Shown here: piece by piece, positions 27,545 to 40,568 of the stretch
Layout: every line of letters begins with the position of its first letter
Numbering within the stretch: the stretch's first letter is position 1
Assembly: GCA_040357565.1 (NCBI GenBank)
Contig: JBDODJ010000034.1
Origin: Cercozoa sp. M6MM
Taxonomy: Eukaryota > Protista > Endomyxa: Ascetosporea
Length of the DNA: 64,000 bases
Direction: 5' to 3' (one strand)
Translations under genes and position numbers: made by a program
Notes under the pieces: model-generated
What the model saw: only the letters and a program-made list of their open reading frames with translations
Told to the model about the DNA's origin: nothing
Databases searched by the model: none

Positions 27545-28912
27545 TCACTCTGGCTGATCATAAATTGAATCGCGATCGAAAGCGTCCACGACGCCGAAGT
27601 TGCCATAGCCGTCGTTCTGTGCTGCGCTACTGTCCACGTCAGTTTCAAGTTCAGAGGCAACGATAAGATCCGCAAGCAGCTGCCGCGCCTCCTCCATCTC
27701 TTGCTCGACTATCCAGACCCAAGAGAAATGAGAAGAGAGAGGAAAACGAAGAGAAGAAGGTACACAAGGCCGTGTGGAAGTGATCTGTGTCAGTCGAGAA
27801 AGACAAATCCTCGTCGTCGATGCTGACAAGAGGAAGATCTTCACCGCGAGCCACAATGAGTTCCAGCGCGTGCTTAATCGACTGCAAAACGAAAACTATA
27901 GCACACAACGTTCTGAGAGGTCTCGGATACCTGTTTGACGGTGGAATGATCGAGCACTTCCATCAGCAGTTGGCGGCAGTCCTCGACAAGAGCGAGGAAG
28001 CGCGGATACTTTTTGGCGAGATGCGTGTCGCCGCGCAGTACCTCGTACAATGGACTGTGGAATGTGAACAGATCCAGTGCGTTTCGTGCAGCCTGTCCAA
28101 CAAACATCACACGCACCTCTCCGCACAAAAGTGTACAGCAACGACCAACAGCTAGCTCTACCTTGTCAAACATTGCATCATCGAGTAACTCAACTTCGTC
28201 TTCTTCCTGCACACAGCACATGGAATTCTGCAAGCAAACCATTTGGGCCATAGGGAGAGATATATATATATACCCCTCCGAACACGGGAACTTCGACAAT
28301 GACAGTGCCTCGATTCTTGCCTTCCGCCGACCGCGGTTGTTGTTGCTGATGTTGCTTGTGCACCACCATACGCTGCAGGAACGCACGCAACGCAACGAAT
28401 GCCCTCTGCAAACACATATACACACACACGTACACACATATACACATAAACGTACACACATATACACATACACGCACACACATACAACGCATACACAGAC
28501 CACCTGTTAAGTGCGAAACAGAGATAAGTAACTAGAGATACCTGCTTGAGCTCAACGTGACGCTTCACGATATGGGCAACTTGTGACTTCTTGCCGCGCT
28601 GCAGCAGCTCGTCGCCCCAATGCTCTGTCTGCAGTCTCGTCTTTTTGTATCCGAAACGTTTCTTGTTGGCCTCATCCGCACGGTCGCGCAGCGCCTGCTG
28701 TAGCAGCGACTCCTCTCGACCCATTAGTCTCTGCGCTCGCGCACAGCGAAACGCACTCGCGACGCGGCCACGTGCCGCAAGTAACTGTGTACCACACACA
28801 TACACACATACACACACACGCACACACACACGCACACACACACACACGCGCACACATACAAATACACACAATACACAATACACAATACACAATACACAAT
28901 ACACAATACACA

Positions 28913-28961
<49 letters not shown>

Positions 28962-28971
28962 NNNNNNNNNN

Positions 28972-29020
<49 letters not shown>

Positions 29021-30024
29021 GTACGCTCTAGAATGCTCAGTTAAGCATACCTGGACAAGGGCGGTGTCACCAATCAGGTTGACGAAGATACTGATGGACG
29101 GAAGGTAATGTGACATGGGATACAGATGCTGTATGCAGTATGTACCCGTTGGACATGAGATCGAGTTCGAACTCACTGAGGAGAGTGGCTGTGTCCTCCA
29201 GTGTGCACCGACGTTCCTGCATGCTGTGAGGCATCTGGTCGTTGTTGAAGTTATCCTCTCGATGATCCGGTGGCGCGGCAAGAGCCTCGATTCGCAGCAG
29301 CTGCTCGGCCACGCAGATCAAGTGTAGCATTTTCTGCGTGCAACACACAAAACATGTCTTCATGGAGGGGAGGGAAAGAGAAGGGAGAGAGAGAGTGGTG
29401 CACCTGAATACAAACTATCTGCGTTCGGTCCAGCGCTGAAGAGTATCTACTGTTGGCCGTCGGCAACAAGGCGCCTGCATAGTCACGCGTAAGACAACTG
29501 TCGGCAGCCCTAATGCAGATAGAAATGAGGCAAATCACCAAAAATAGGATCACTCGCGCGACTTTTATCTTCCAAAAACTGCTCGCGCAGCTGTTCGCGC
29601 ATCAGCGGCGACCCAAACTGCCTGACTGGGCCTGTCAAATACGGGTGTATATAACACACGGCGACAGAAAGCACACAAACTCAGACACACATTCAAATGC
29701 GGCACTCGATACGTACCAGCGAACTCGTGGAAGGAGTCAAGCACACGGCGCGCTAGTGCATGTGCCTGCTGTGCTACTTGGTGAGACTCCACTTCCTTGT
29801 TCTACCAGTACACATACATACATACACACACAGACCCAAACACAGAGACAAAGACACAGATAAAGACACACAGACAAACACACACACGCACAGGCACGGA
29901 CAGAAGAGTTAGTACCAGTAGTTTCATGAGTAGATCCTGGGCCTCGTGTGTGTGTTTCAAGAGCACAGCCGACTGCAGTGCCTGCAGCGAAGTAGCCTCC
30001 AGCCGCGACGTCTCCAAAAACTAT

Positions 30025-30092
<68 letters not shown>

Positions 30093-30892
30093 CACTCACA
30101 CACATGCATTTATACACAGACACACATGCAGGTGTTCAGACAAAGATAGATGCAGTCAGGAGGCTACCTCGCCATAGTTCGCGAGGAAGGCACGGAGACC
30201 TTCAATATCGGCACACTTGCCGAAGATACAGCACATGTCAATGAAGGAAACGCGCATGCGAAACACCGCCGATGTACGGTTGCGCTTCTTAGCGTCGTTC
30301 GCGTAGCGAAAAAAGTGCGGCGGGATCCTCACAAACTGTACGGTGCGTCACACAACAGGGAGTGTAGGCATCGACACCAAAGAAAACAAAAACTACCGGA
30401 CCATGCTTCATGCGTGCCATGCCGTAGGAGAAGACAGCACGTGCTGTGTCGAGGAAAGGCCGCGGGTCGCGCATCGCAAGCACACCACCTAGCACCACGG
30501 GGACGCAGTTTACGTCAAAGTATGTGCTGGCTAGTGTCTGCCCACAAATGAATCAAGGCCGCAGTGTACAGTACTTTGAGCACATCTGGGCTGCCAAACG
30601 CACCTTGTGCAGCACCGATGCGAGCTGTGCATCACTCGTGCAAACACGCGTTGCGCATGCCTTTATGGCTTCGAGAAGTGCCGGCCAGTGCAATGAACTA
30701 AAGGACTGCACGGACAGACCAAAAGTACATCATAGGTATCGCGCAGACAGCTGTCAGGCCAAGGGAGCAAAATGTGTACCGAATGGGGATTTTCGCGCAG
30801 AAAGCGATCCAAGGCGCCACTTATCCGCCGAAACCAGAGTCTTTGCAACTCTTCAGTCAGCACTTTCTGTATGAGCATGTTCAACACTCACA

Positions 30893-30958
<66 letters not shown>

Positions 30959-31886
30959 CTCAGAGGAGAGTACGACACGGCAGTACCCCCCGAAACTCCC
31001 GTACAAACTGCCGGTGTTTGCGAAGCAGGAGTCGCTCACGCCTAATGTTGACAGTGTGCACTCGCTGAAGCTGCTTTTCCTCCTTTTTCGACACTTGTTT
31101 CAGTAGGTGCAGCGCGTGAGGCAGCAGTTCCTCGAGCTCGTCTGCATCGCGCACGAGACGTAAATGCATTTTCATCTCGAACGCCGCATGGCTGCGTCGA
31201 ATACAGCAGGCGTAACGGTTGCAATCAAACAGAGCTGAAAGACAGGAGCGGTGTACTCGGAAATGTCGTTCAAGTTGTGCAGGGCAGCGAACTCGCGAAT
31301 TTGGTGCACCAACTCGAGGACGCGCACGCGTTCCTCTGGACTGATGACTCTGCGCAGCGTGCCCAGACTCCTTAACAGCTGATCCAGCAGCACATTCAAC
31401 GACAAGGTGTCCAGTCTGGATCCTTCTGACTGGAGGGAACGTGTCACGGAATCTGTTCGATCACAAACGAACACGTCTCCGCAACATCACGAGCACGAGC
31501 ATCACGAAGGGTACCCAGTTTCTCTTGCAGCGTCTCCGGCTCAATGTACTTGTTCCCAACTTTTAGTTCATAAGGAAGAAACTTCAGTTGAAAAAGTGCC
31601 GACCACTCACTGCGTTTGGCACTAATCTGCGTCAGATATAGGCGGCTTGAACAGCGCTAGCATAGTATTCAGATCCGTACCTCACCGCGCGCAACGGCTT
31701 CGCGTATAACATGAAACGCCTGACGTTTATGGCCGCGGTGTATGCCGCGTGTCAGGTGCTTGACCTGCGAAACAAAAGCAGCAATGCAAGCAACATGGAA
31801 AAACTGAAAACTGTTCGAGATAGTTGCACCAGGTTTTTCTCTGCGCCCGACGCATATTTTAAGACCGTTCTTCTAGCCTCGTCCAT
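27545..31886 (-). CDS. Large helical-repeat (possibly PPR-like) hypothetical protein
   Basis: Spliced from MDEARRTVLKYASG... to ...DRDSIYDQPE*. Amphipathic helical segments, with one PPR-like stretch IFGKCADIEG. Confidence 0.5.
28861..28917. repeat. (AATACAC)n heptamer repeat in an intron, next to (CA)n and a 10-N gap at 28962-28971
   Basis: Seen directly in the sequence. Confidence 0.9.
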
Positions 31887-32188
31887 TAAAGAACTATTCA
31901 AGACCAATAAAGTGCATCGCACTCTGTCTAAACTCAGGTGAGAATTGGGTTTCCAAAATACAATATTAATATTATTGATAGTTCAGTCTACTAAGAGACC
32001 AACTATGTCGTTCCCCTGTGCCAATATGTTGATAACGTTCGACTGCGGAACGGAATGTTGTACAGGCCTTTACGCTAGTAGCAGTTGGCCATCGCTGAAA
32101 TACTTTATGACACGAATTGAGCCCGAGCAACTAAAAAGTTGGACGTATCGCGGGCGCGTTGCGCTTGACTAAAATCGCTCCCTGAGCC

Positions 32189-33722
32189 TCAGGCCGCGCA
32201 GGTGTTCTGGCCTACTAGGTCGTCCTTGGAGTGCTCCGGCGCTGGAGTCTGCGAAGTCTTGGACGACTCGCGACGAATGTACGTACTCAGCAGCGTCAGC
32301 AGAGCCGGGAACACGAGGAAGCCGTGCTGTGTGAGGATATGAGGTGCGGTATTGTGAAGGAGAAGGAAAGGGAGGCTGCAGTGCACGTACGAAAGAGGCC
32401 AGCAGCAGCAGCGCTAGCAGCATGCGGAAGTAGTAGACATGGAAGATCTGCGACTGCGCCAGCGAGAGGAAGACGATGCCGATGGCCTTGGTCGCTCCGA
32501 TACCGCTACACACATGTACATGTAAATTAGAGATATTATACATCTACATATTAATATATAATATACACAAGCCCACCTCAGCACGGCAGTGCCAACACGT
32601 CGCATGGCGCACTGCACTCGCTTGCCTACAGTGACAACAGGGTGTGGGGGGGGGGGGGGGTAAGACCAGACCAGACAACCAAAGTGCTGGGTACGTGGCG
32701 ACAACGACGCATCAGTGTTCAAGAAAGCCACGCCAATGTGCGCACAGAACTCAACCTGTACAAGAAAGGAAGAAGAATCATCATAAGGCGCGGGGGGGGG
32801 GCCGCGCCAGGGGTAAAGTGTAAAACCGAGATGCCGGCCGCCATGGCTAGATTGACGACCGAGACGGCGTTGAGATCGACGCCCAGCACGGCACTCACGC
32901 CGGCCAGATCCACCACTACCTGTGAGGGGGGGGTAAGAAGTTGTGTAACGGTGTGGTGTGTAAATGTGTAGCAAATGAGTTGGAGGGGTAAACAGACCAA
33001 AGCAACGACAGCAGTGACCAGCGAGGCCAGCAGCACGTGTCGCAACAGAACCGTCAGCAACAGCAACACAGCCGTCAGTGCCAACAGCACCACCTGTACG
33101 GCTGCGTCCTTAATGTACTACACACACACAGGTACCAACCTCCCCTTATCTGATCCTCTTCCTTAACTGATCTTCCCCCTTAACTGATTCCCCCTCTTAG
33201 TTAAGTGTACCAGGTACTGCTCGAAGAACACGTGGTGCACGGCATAGCTGTAGGTAGGAGTGCCTGCTTGCTCCACATCGGCCGCCACGACACGCGCCTG
33301 CGCCAGCGACTCCACAAAGTCCTCCTGCAGACAGGGGATAAAGAAGGGAGGGTTTGGAGTAATGAGGGGTAGGGGTAATGGGGGAGGGGTAATACCTGGG
33401 TGGACAGCACGGTAGCGAAGGACATGAGTCGACTGTGAGAGACATGCGCCGTCGCGTGTGTGTCGCCCGGTGGTCCCGTGTCCGGCGGTACCACCTCGCT
33501 GTCCATTTGTACCCTTCATCTGTCGTTTAAATGTACCACACAGAGGCCCGTCCAGATGGACACCCTGCCGTCGTGAGTACCCGTGCTGATCGACGACGCG
33601 GAGGTCATGCAGAAAGACGGCGCCGCAGTTGCCGCAGTCCTCGCTGCACACGGCCGATCGCCACCAACCTGTCGTATACGGGACACACGTGTGCACAAAT
33701 GGACCAAACCTCAGGTACAAAT

Positions 33723-33795
<73 letters not shown>

Positions 33796-36700
33796 GGAGA
33801 TACCGAGGTAGAGATTGAAGAACTCGGGTCGCGGTCGCGTGCCTTCCAGCAGCTTATCCTGCTCGCTCTGCGCAGATCGCTCTTGTTTTTACCCCCTCCC
33901 CTTAATCCCTCTAACCCCTTTATACCCCCTTTAACCCCCCATGCTGTGTACCAGGCAGGGTTCGCAGCGGTGCGACATGTCGTCGTGCTGATCGTCGGGA
34001 GGGCAGTACCGACCCTGCAGTGGTCCACTTTGGACACGAACACACACACACACAGTCGGGGTACAAATGAACAGGTACACATGTACAGGCACACATAGAC
34101 TGATATAACTAATTAAGGGAGCGATGTACTCGGTATAGCGACGACAGCAGTTGGGCGATGTCACCCTGTTCACACACACACACACACACGCACACACACG
34201 CACACACACACACACACACGCACACGTGCTGACTGGAGTGACAAGAGTGGTTCCTCACTCACCCACGTGACCACTAAGTGACCACGTGACTGGTAGTAAG
34301 TGCAGTGACTGTACCACTGCAAATAGTCGTCGATCCATGACATCGGTGCCTCGGCCAGGTAGCTCTGTCGGGGGGGGGGGGGAAAAGGGGTAAAAAGGAA
34401 ATAACGGGGGATAAAAAGGGGTAACGGCGGGGAAAAAGAGGGCAACAGGGGGTAAAGAGGGGGTAACAGGGGGTAATAGGATAACGGGGGGGTAAGAGGG
34501 CAAAAAGCTACTCGCTGCGGCTGGCGCGCGGCCTGAGCGATTCGCGCGAGAGCCGAGTCCTCCCGACACCTGTCCGAAATGGACCCACGATCGGTACATA
34601 CGGACCAGTCCTCCCAAGTGTTCATACAGACCAGTCCCAGGTGTACAAAATGGACCCCAAGATCGGTACAAACGGACGCACACAGAGCCGAAAATGTACC
34701 CAACACCGCCGTCGCACAGTCGTGACTGCGCCTCGATTTGCGAACTGCACACAAGCACCGCTCCCTTAATTATTTTGAGGCCTAAATCATCCTGACCCCC
34801 TTAACACAGGTGGCTACAATTAGCGTGCTGGTACAGATCCTCGTCCGAATGGTCCAGCACGAAAAACACCGGCGGACCGACTCGCAACTTGTTCGCGAGG
34901 TCCTCGAAGTAGTCCTGTCCCGGGGTAAAGGGGGGGGGGGGGTTAAAGGTAAAGGGGGTTAAAGGGTATAGGGGAGGTAAGGGTATAGGGGGAGGTAAGG
35001 GTATAGGGGGAGGTAAGGGTAAAAGGAAGGCAAAGAAGGGGGTAAAAGGAAGGCAAAGAAGGGGTAAGGGTAAAAGGAAGGCAAAGAAGGGGTAAAGCAC
35101 CTGCATGTAGCTCGAGTTCGGCAGCGCCACGCGCTGGTCGAGACCGACATCGGTGCGCAGCACTAGCAGCAGCAGCGACACCGCCAGCAACGTCAGCGCA
35201 CTGTGATCGGGGGGGGGGGGGTAAACAGGGGGTAGACAGGGGGGATAAACAAGGGGGCAAGAGATGTGCCCACCTGGACAGCAGCAGCGTGATGCCGGCT
35301 GTAGAGGTGACGGTAGGCACAAGTGTGCGCGGCACCCAGCGATCAAGACAGCCACGTGCACGTGGCACCGTCTCACTCTGCTGCTGCATTTGACGGCGTC
35401 TCGTCTCTACGCACACAGTACCAAACTGACTGTATTCCAGTAGGCACCAGTAGCCAGTAGCCACCACAGTAGCCACCACAGTAGCCACCCCAGTACCACT
35501 GCAGTTAATCGTTTCCGGACACGTGTTCAGCGCGCTCTCGTCGCGTCGCGTCACGTGCGCCAGCAGCAGCGGCAGCCTGGGTGGGGGTAAGAGGTGGCAA
35601 GAAGGGGTAAAGTGGTAAGAAGGGGTAGGAAGGGAGGTAATAGGGGGGGGGGTAAAGATACAGCGCCAACTGCAGACACAAGTTGCACAGCACCGCCGCC
35701 GATGCGTACACGGCAAAAGCCTGCACGACACGGGACATAGAGATGGTACAAATGAACGGCCCAACTGGACGGTTTAAGTGGACAGAAATGTACCTGAACG
35801 GCAGGCATCTTGGTAAGCGCCGCCAGGCCAAAGGCCACGATCTCGCACATGGCCTGCCAATCGATTGAAATCGTCATACCCACTCAATAACAATTAGTCA
35901 GAGTCAGGGTCAGCCACGTGGCCGATCGAATAATCAGACCAACCGTCAAGATCAACGACAGGTAAACTTACCGACACGAACATGGACTCGCCGCTGACGC
36001 TGACGGCGACGCAGACGCGGTGATCGACGTCGGCGTCGTGACGGTACCGCACCGTTGCCGCGTCCCCGTCATTGATACCCTCACTGATGGCACCGTCACT
36101 GATGGCACCGTCACTGATGATGGCACCGTCACTGATGATGGCACCGTCACTGATGGCACCGTAGTCGGTGATAGCGCCGCGAGGCAGACTGTCGCACTCA
36201 GTGACGGCATCGTCGTCGCGCGACCAACCGTGCCGAAGTGCCACTTGCGCGTGCAATGCACTCGACATTATGAACACTGGGGGGGGGGGGGCAAAGGGGA
36301 TAACGGGTGGGGTAGGGGTAAGCGGTAGGAGGAGTACAGTTGTCGACGCCGACAGCGAGCACGAGGAAGGGAATCACCTCGCTGATGATCTACACCAACT
36401 CACCGACAGTGATCGCACAAGTGAACACGTGTGTACTGGCTACACCGGCTACACTGGCTACAGGCGGAGGACACTACCAAGGTGCACGGCACGCCAAACA
36501 ACGACACAGCTCCGGCAGCCACCACGATGCTCAGCAGCACGATGCCGACGGCACCGCACGCCAGCGTCATGTTCGGCCGCGTCACTCTCACTGAAGAGTA
36601 AGGGAGGGTAAGGTAAATGGGGGGAGGGAGGTAAAGAGAAGTACCACTGCCCAGTCGGAAGGTGCGTCGCGACAGCGCAAAGGCGACGTACAGCAACATG

Positions 36701-39700
36701 GCCGTGTAGCTCAGCAGCACGGCCACGGCGTCACCTGTTGGGGCAACAGGGGGAGGAGGGGTAAACGGGTAGGGGATATGAGAGTGACGGTGTCAGGGAG
36801 TAACGGGCGAAGGATAAGAGGGGGTAAGAGGGGGTAAGCGAGGAACACTACCGGCGGCATCCTTGGCGAGCTCGTCCTCGACGGAGCACTCGGCGGCGAA
36901 GGAGAAACGCGCGAAACGCAGCACGCTCAGATCGACGCGATCACCGTCACTCTCAGTATCCGTGTCACCGTCACCGTCAGTGTCACCGTACATGCAGTCA
37001 TTGATGTCGCCGTCCGCGCGGATGCAGCGATCCAGTTGCTGCACGCGTTGTAGCCACCGACGCTCCCACTGCACCGTCCGTCCGAGTCGCTCCTCGTCCA
37101 CATGGCCGTCCTGAGAATATACAGTGTTGGTCCCCAGTTGGACGCACAGGTACGGACGAACATTTAGTCCATTTGTACGGACTGTCTAGTCCATTTGTAC
37201 CAAAGTGTTGGGCACATGCAGCAGCGTCGTCACCACTAGGTGCGTCGACTCCGAGTAGTCCACCTGAGCAAAGGCAGTTTACGCCACCCCCACCTTAGCC
37301 CTTCTCCTTTATCCTTTCGGGTGTAAATTACCTGATCACGCGGCACGTCGGATGGGAAACCACCCAGCACGACCCACGGGAGGTACGGCATTAAACCGTC
37401 GTCCAGACACGAGCTGATCATACAGACACAGGTGCACACACCGTCCAGTCGTGTTCAGTCCAGCCCAGCGAGTGTACGTGTCCAGTGGCGAGGCGCCGCA
37501 TTTGCGCACGTGACTGATGATCGCCTGCATCCGCGCGGATACACCAAGCCCACACACCGGAGAAATACCACAGAGTGACACGGTACCTCCTGCGGTGACT
37601 CGGGAGTCAAATCCGGCGAACTCTTGCCGTCCCACCTGTTGGGTGTGAAAGGTGTCGACGGTGGAAAGAATAAAACGTCCGCGCGGATATAGACTGATAG
37701 GGCGGGACAAAAGGTACCACGCGGTGGGCGACTGGATCAAGCAGGCCGATGACGGGCCCATGGCGCGGTAACACACGTCGTCGTGCGTGACGTGGTCGCC
37801 GTCCGACTGTGGCACGACGAGTCGACGCATATCGCGCACCAGTACCTGTCGCACCGCACTCAGCACACGTGCGTCCAGCACCGTCGTCGGTGCCCTGATC
37901 GAGCTGTAACCGTCAGTGTCACCGACACGCGAGGCTCGTGCCAGTCGCTCACTGTCCAGTGTCAGCAGCACGTGTGCCGGTCGAAACAGCGGTGCGAAGG
38001 TCGTCTCGAACCGTCGCTTGTCCTGCAGTGACTCCTGCCAAATAACAACCGTCACACAGTCAGATGGTCAGATGGACACGTGGTCAGGTGGACACGTGGG
38101 CTGGACCGATTGGTACCGCCGAGTCGCTGGCCCAGAGTTTCACCGGGTCCGTCAGCAGCGAGAAACGCAGCAGTCCGAGACACAGCGCCGCACTCGCAAC
38201 CGTCACCACACTGATCGCACACCGTCACACGTGTCAGTGAGTAACATGGGTCGTGGGAGGGACACGTGGGAGGAACACGGAGTGGGTACACAAGAGTGCG
38301 CGCGCGGTGCATCAGAACGGCACGTGCCAAAGCGAAGAAGACGCGCGCCAGTGCGTTTTCCTCCGGTACTGTCGACACCGAGTCATCTGCGTCACACACA
38401 CATACTTGTACAGGTAGATTGTACAGGTACATTCGTACGGGTACACTTGCACATTTGTACACCAATACAGGGACATGTGTGACTAGGGGGAGAAACAGAA
38501 GTACAAGCACGGGGTCGTCGCCGACGTCGCATGAAACACAGCACTGTGAGCAGCAGCACCAGCAGTGACGTCGTCACCGAGAACACCAGTGTGTCTACCT
38601 GTGTACTGGACAGTGTGGACAATAGCCTGTCCGCACACTGAGTGCAACTGTACCTCTCCAAAACCGAGTGACAAACTCGGACGCGGTTGCGGCGGCACCG
38701 GCTCCGGTAAGGCATCGCACGAGCTCTCGCAGTGCGTGCACGAGCATCGGTAGCTGTACAATGGACTTTGCACATCCGGTCCAACTGGTCTTGATTTGGT
38801 ACCGATGGTCGTTGACATTGCAGGGCTGCACAAGGTCAGACCGATTGAACGGTGACTCGAGTCCTGGGACTCCCGGATTTGGCTCAGGGAAGTGTATCTT
38901 CATCGGCGAGAAGCCTGGTCGACCGTTGACTGTGCACATGGTCACGTGGTCAGCCTACTTAATGAGACACGTGAGTTTGGTACCAGGTTTGCCGCCCAGT
39001 TTGGCACCAAGCACTTCGTAAAATTGCGTGTAGTTGTGAGCACCGTAGAAGCCCTGTACATGGGTATGTGTGTATGGGGTATTAAGATAGGATAAGGCAT
39101 AATGGGGTCACACTACTTTCATAGCGTTGAGACCGCTGGTCATGCGAGTATCCTCGCAGGATTCGTAGAACACAGTGCTCCACTCTGGTGCCACCACAAA
39201 CTGCGTCTCACTCTCGCACATGTCGCCGTTGCTGCGGTAGGGCTCATCCTTGCAGCGCACCGACTTGACTGTCTTGCGGAACGTTGCTTGCTCCGGCGAG
39301 CACGTGAAGGCGCAGAAGAAGCGTCTATGCGCCAAGGGAGTGAGACAACAGTAGAGTAGATGTGCAGGGTAACAAAAGCACACCGAAAGTTCTCCATGCA
39401 GGCAGGACACGCTCCAAACAGTGTCTGTGCCTTTTCGATGTTCTGTGCCAGTCGGTCGTACTGCGTGTCATGGCAGCACACGGGTCCTGTGCATCCACCA
39501 GCGACTGTTCATCGGCTTATTTGGATATACACACGTCTGTTTGTACCGTTGGCGTACTCTGGACAAAGGTCTCCAACCGAGACAGGATAGTGCGACTCAT
39601 CCGGCCTCACGGGATCGCTCTCACGCGCACAATTAATATTCGTGAGGCGGCTGCACTCACAAGTCTATGAAAAGAAGCAATGCGTGAGCAGAGCTACCTG

Positions 39701-39858
39701 TTAGCACACTCGCCATCGACTGAACACCGGTGGACAGGCGTTCCTGACGATATCGCGCCAAGCACTGCAAGCACAGCACAATCCAAGGCTCTGCAAGCAC
39801 AGGTCTCTCGATCATTGATTGGTTGTCATTTTCGCTACGCAGCGGTACCGTCGTCCAT
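32189..39858 (-). CDS. NPC1: Niemann-Pick C1 sterol transporter (start codon tentative)
   Basis: NTD CCHDTQY...CPACMENFRRFFCAFTCSPEQ; sterol-sensing domain VIPFLVLAVGVDN and MPAVQAF; GLDQRVALPNSSYMQDYF...VGPPVFFV; SWIDDYLQW; VFFEQYL; LNAVSVVNLAMAAGISVEFCAHI; SQIFHVYYFRM; HGFLVFPALL. Confidence 0.95.
34920..35097 (+). repeat. Purine/G-rich intronic repeat (GGGGAGGTAAGGGTATA; GGTAAAAGGAAGGCAAAGAAGG), potential G-quadruplex on the template strand of NPC1
   Basis: Seen directly; similar tracts lie at 33330-33392, 34369-34508, 35580-35657 and 36740-36840. Confidence 0.85.
36081..36162 (-). repeat. Coding tandem repeat (GAI[I]SD)x5 inside NPC1
   Basis: ATGGCACCGTCACTG 15/18-nt units translate as YGAISDGAIISDGAIISDGAISDGAISEG. 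Confidence 0.9.
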
Positions 39859-40245
39859 GGCGACGATTCTGAACGCAGCAGAGATCGCGAGCACGCGCGT
39901 GCACACAAACTAAACGCTAACGCGCGTTTTAAAATCTTTTCCGCTGCCAGTGACCGTCGCCTGTCGCTTGACCACTTTTACTGCTGAACCACCTCTACTT
40001 ACTAGTCAGTACAAGAAGTACTGCCAAGCGCAGAGCGGATTCCGAAAGTCCGACGACACGCACCGCCTATTGCGGGAAATGTTGGAACGATTCAAGCACG
40101 CAACAGCAAAACAGTACAAGTAGCAGTTGTTGTTCAACCGGCTTCCAACTCGCCGCACCCTTAATTTGAACGGATGGCAACATCGAGGTTGCTGAAATTG
40201 TTGTGCACAGTGCTTGCCATTCGCTCGACTGGTGCAAGTATCACA

Positions 40246-40502
40246 ATGAGCAACGATATCGATGCTGCTAAGGCCGTCTCCAGCGTAACATTTTGCTTCT
40301 TTTTCGGGAGGCACGTTTGTCGCATGTCCCAATGCACTTGGCTGGTTTGTGTGCTTCAGGGCTGGTGTGAGCCGTTTCCGGTGACGTGGAACCGCCGCGA
40401 TTTGATCCTTTACGCACTTGGCATTGGCGCCACTGAGCTGCCGCTTGTGTACGAGAATCACGAGGATGTATGCTGTCTCGTTGCAAGGTTGCATGCAGCA
40501 GA

Positions 40503-40568
<66 letters not shown>

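Noticed and set aside
34920-35097. Interstitial telomeric repeats
   Set aside because: Units are irregular (GGTAA/GGTATA/GGCAAA) rather than a fixed TTAGGG-type repeat.
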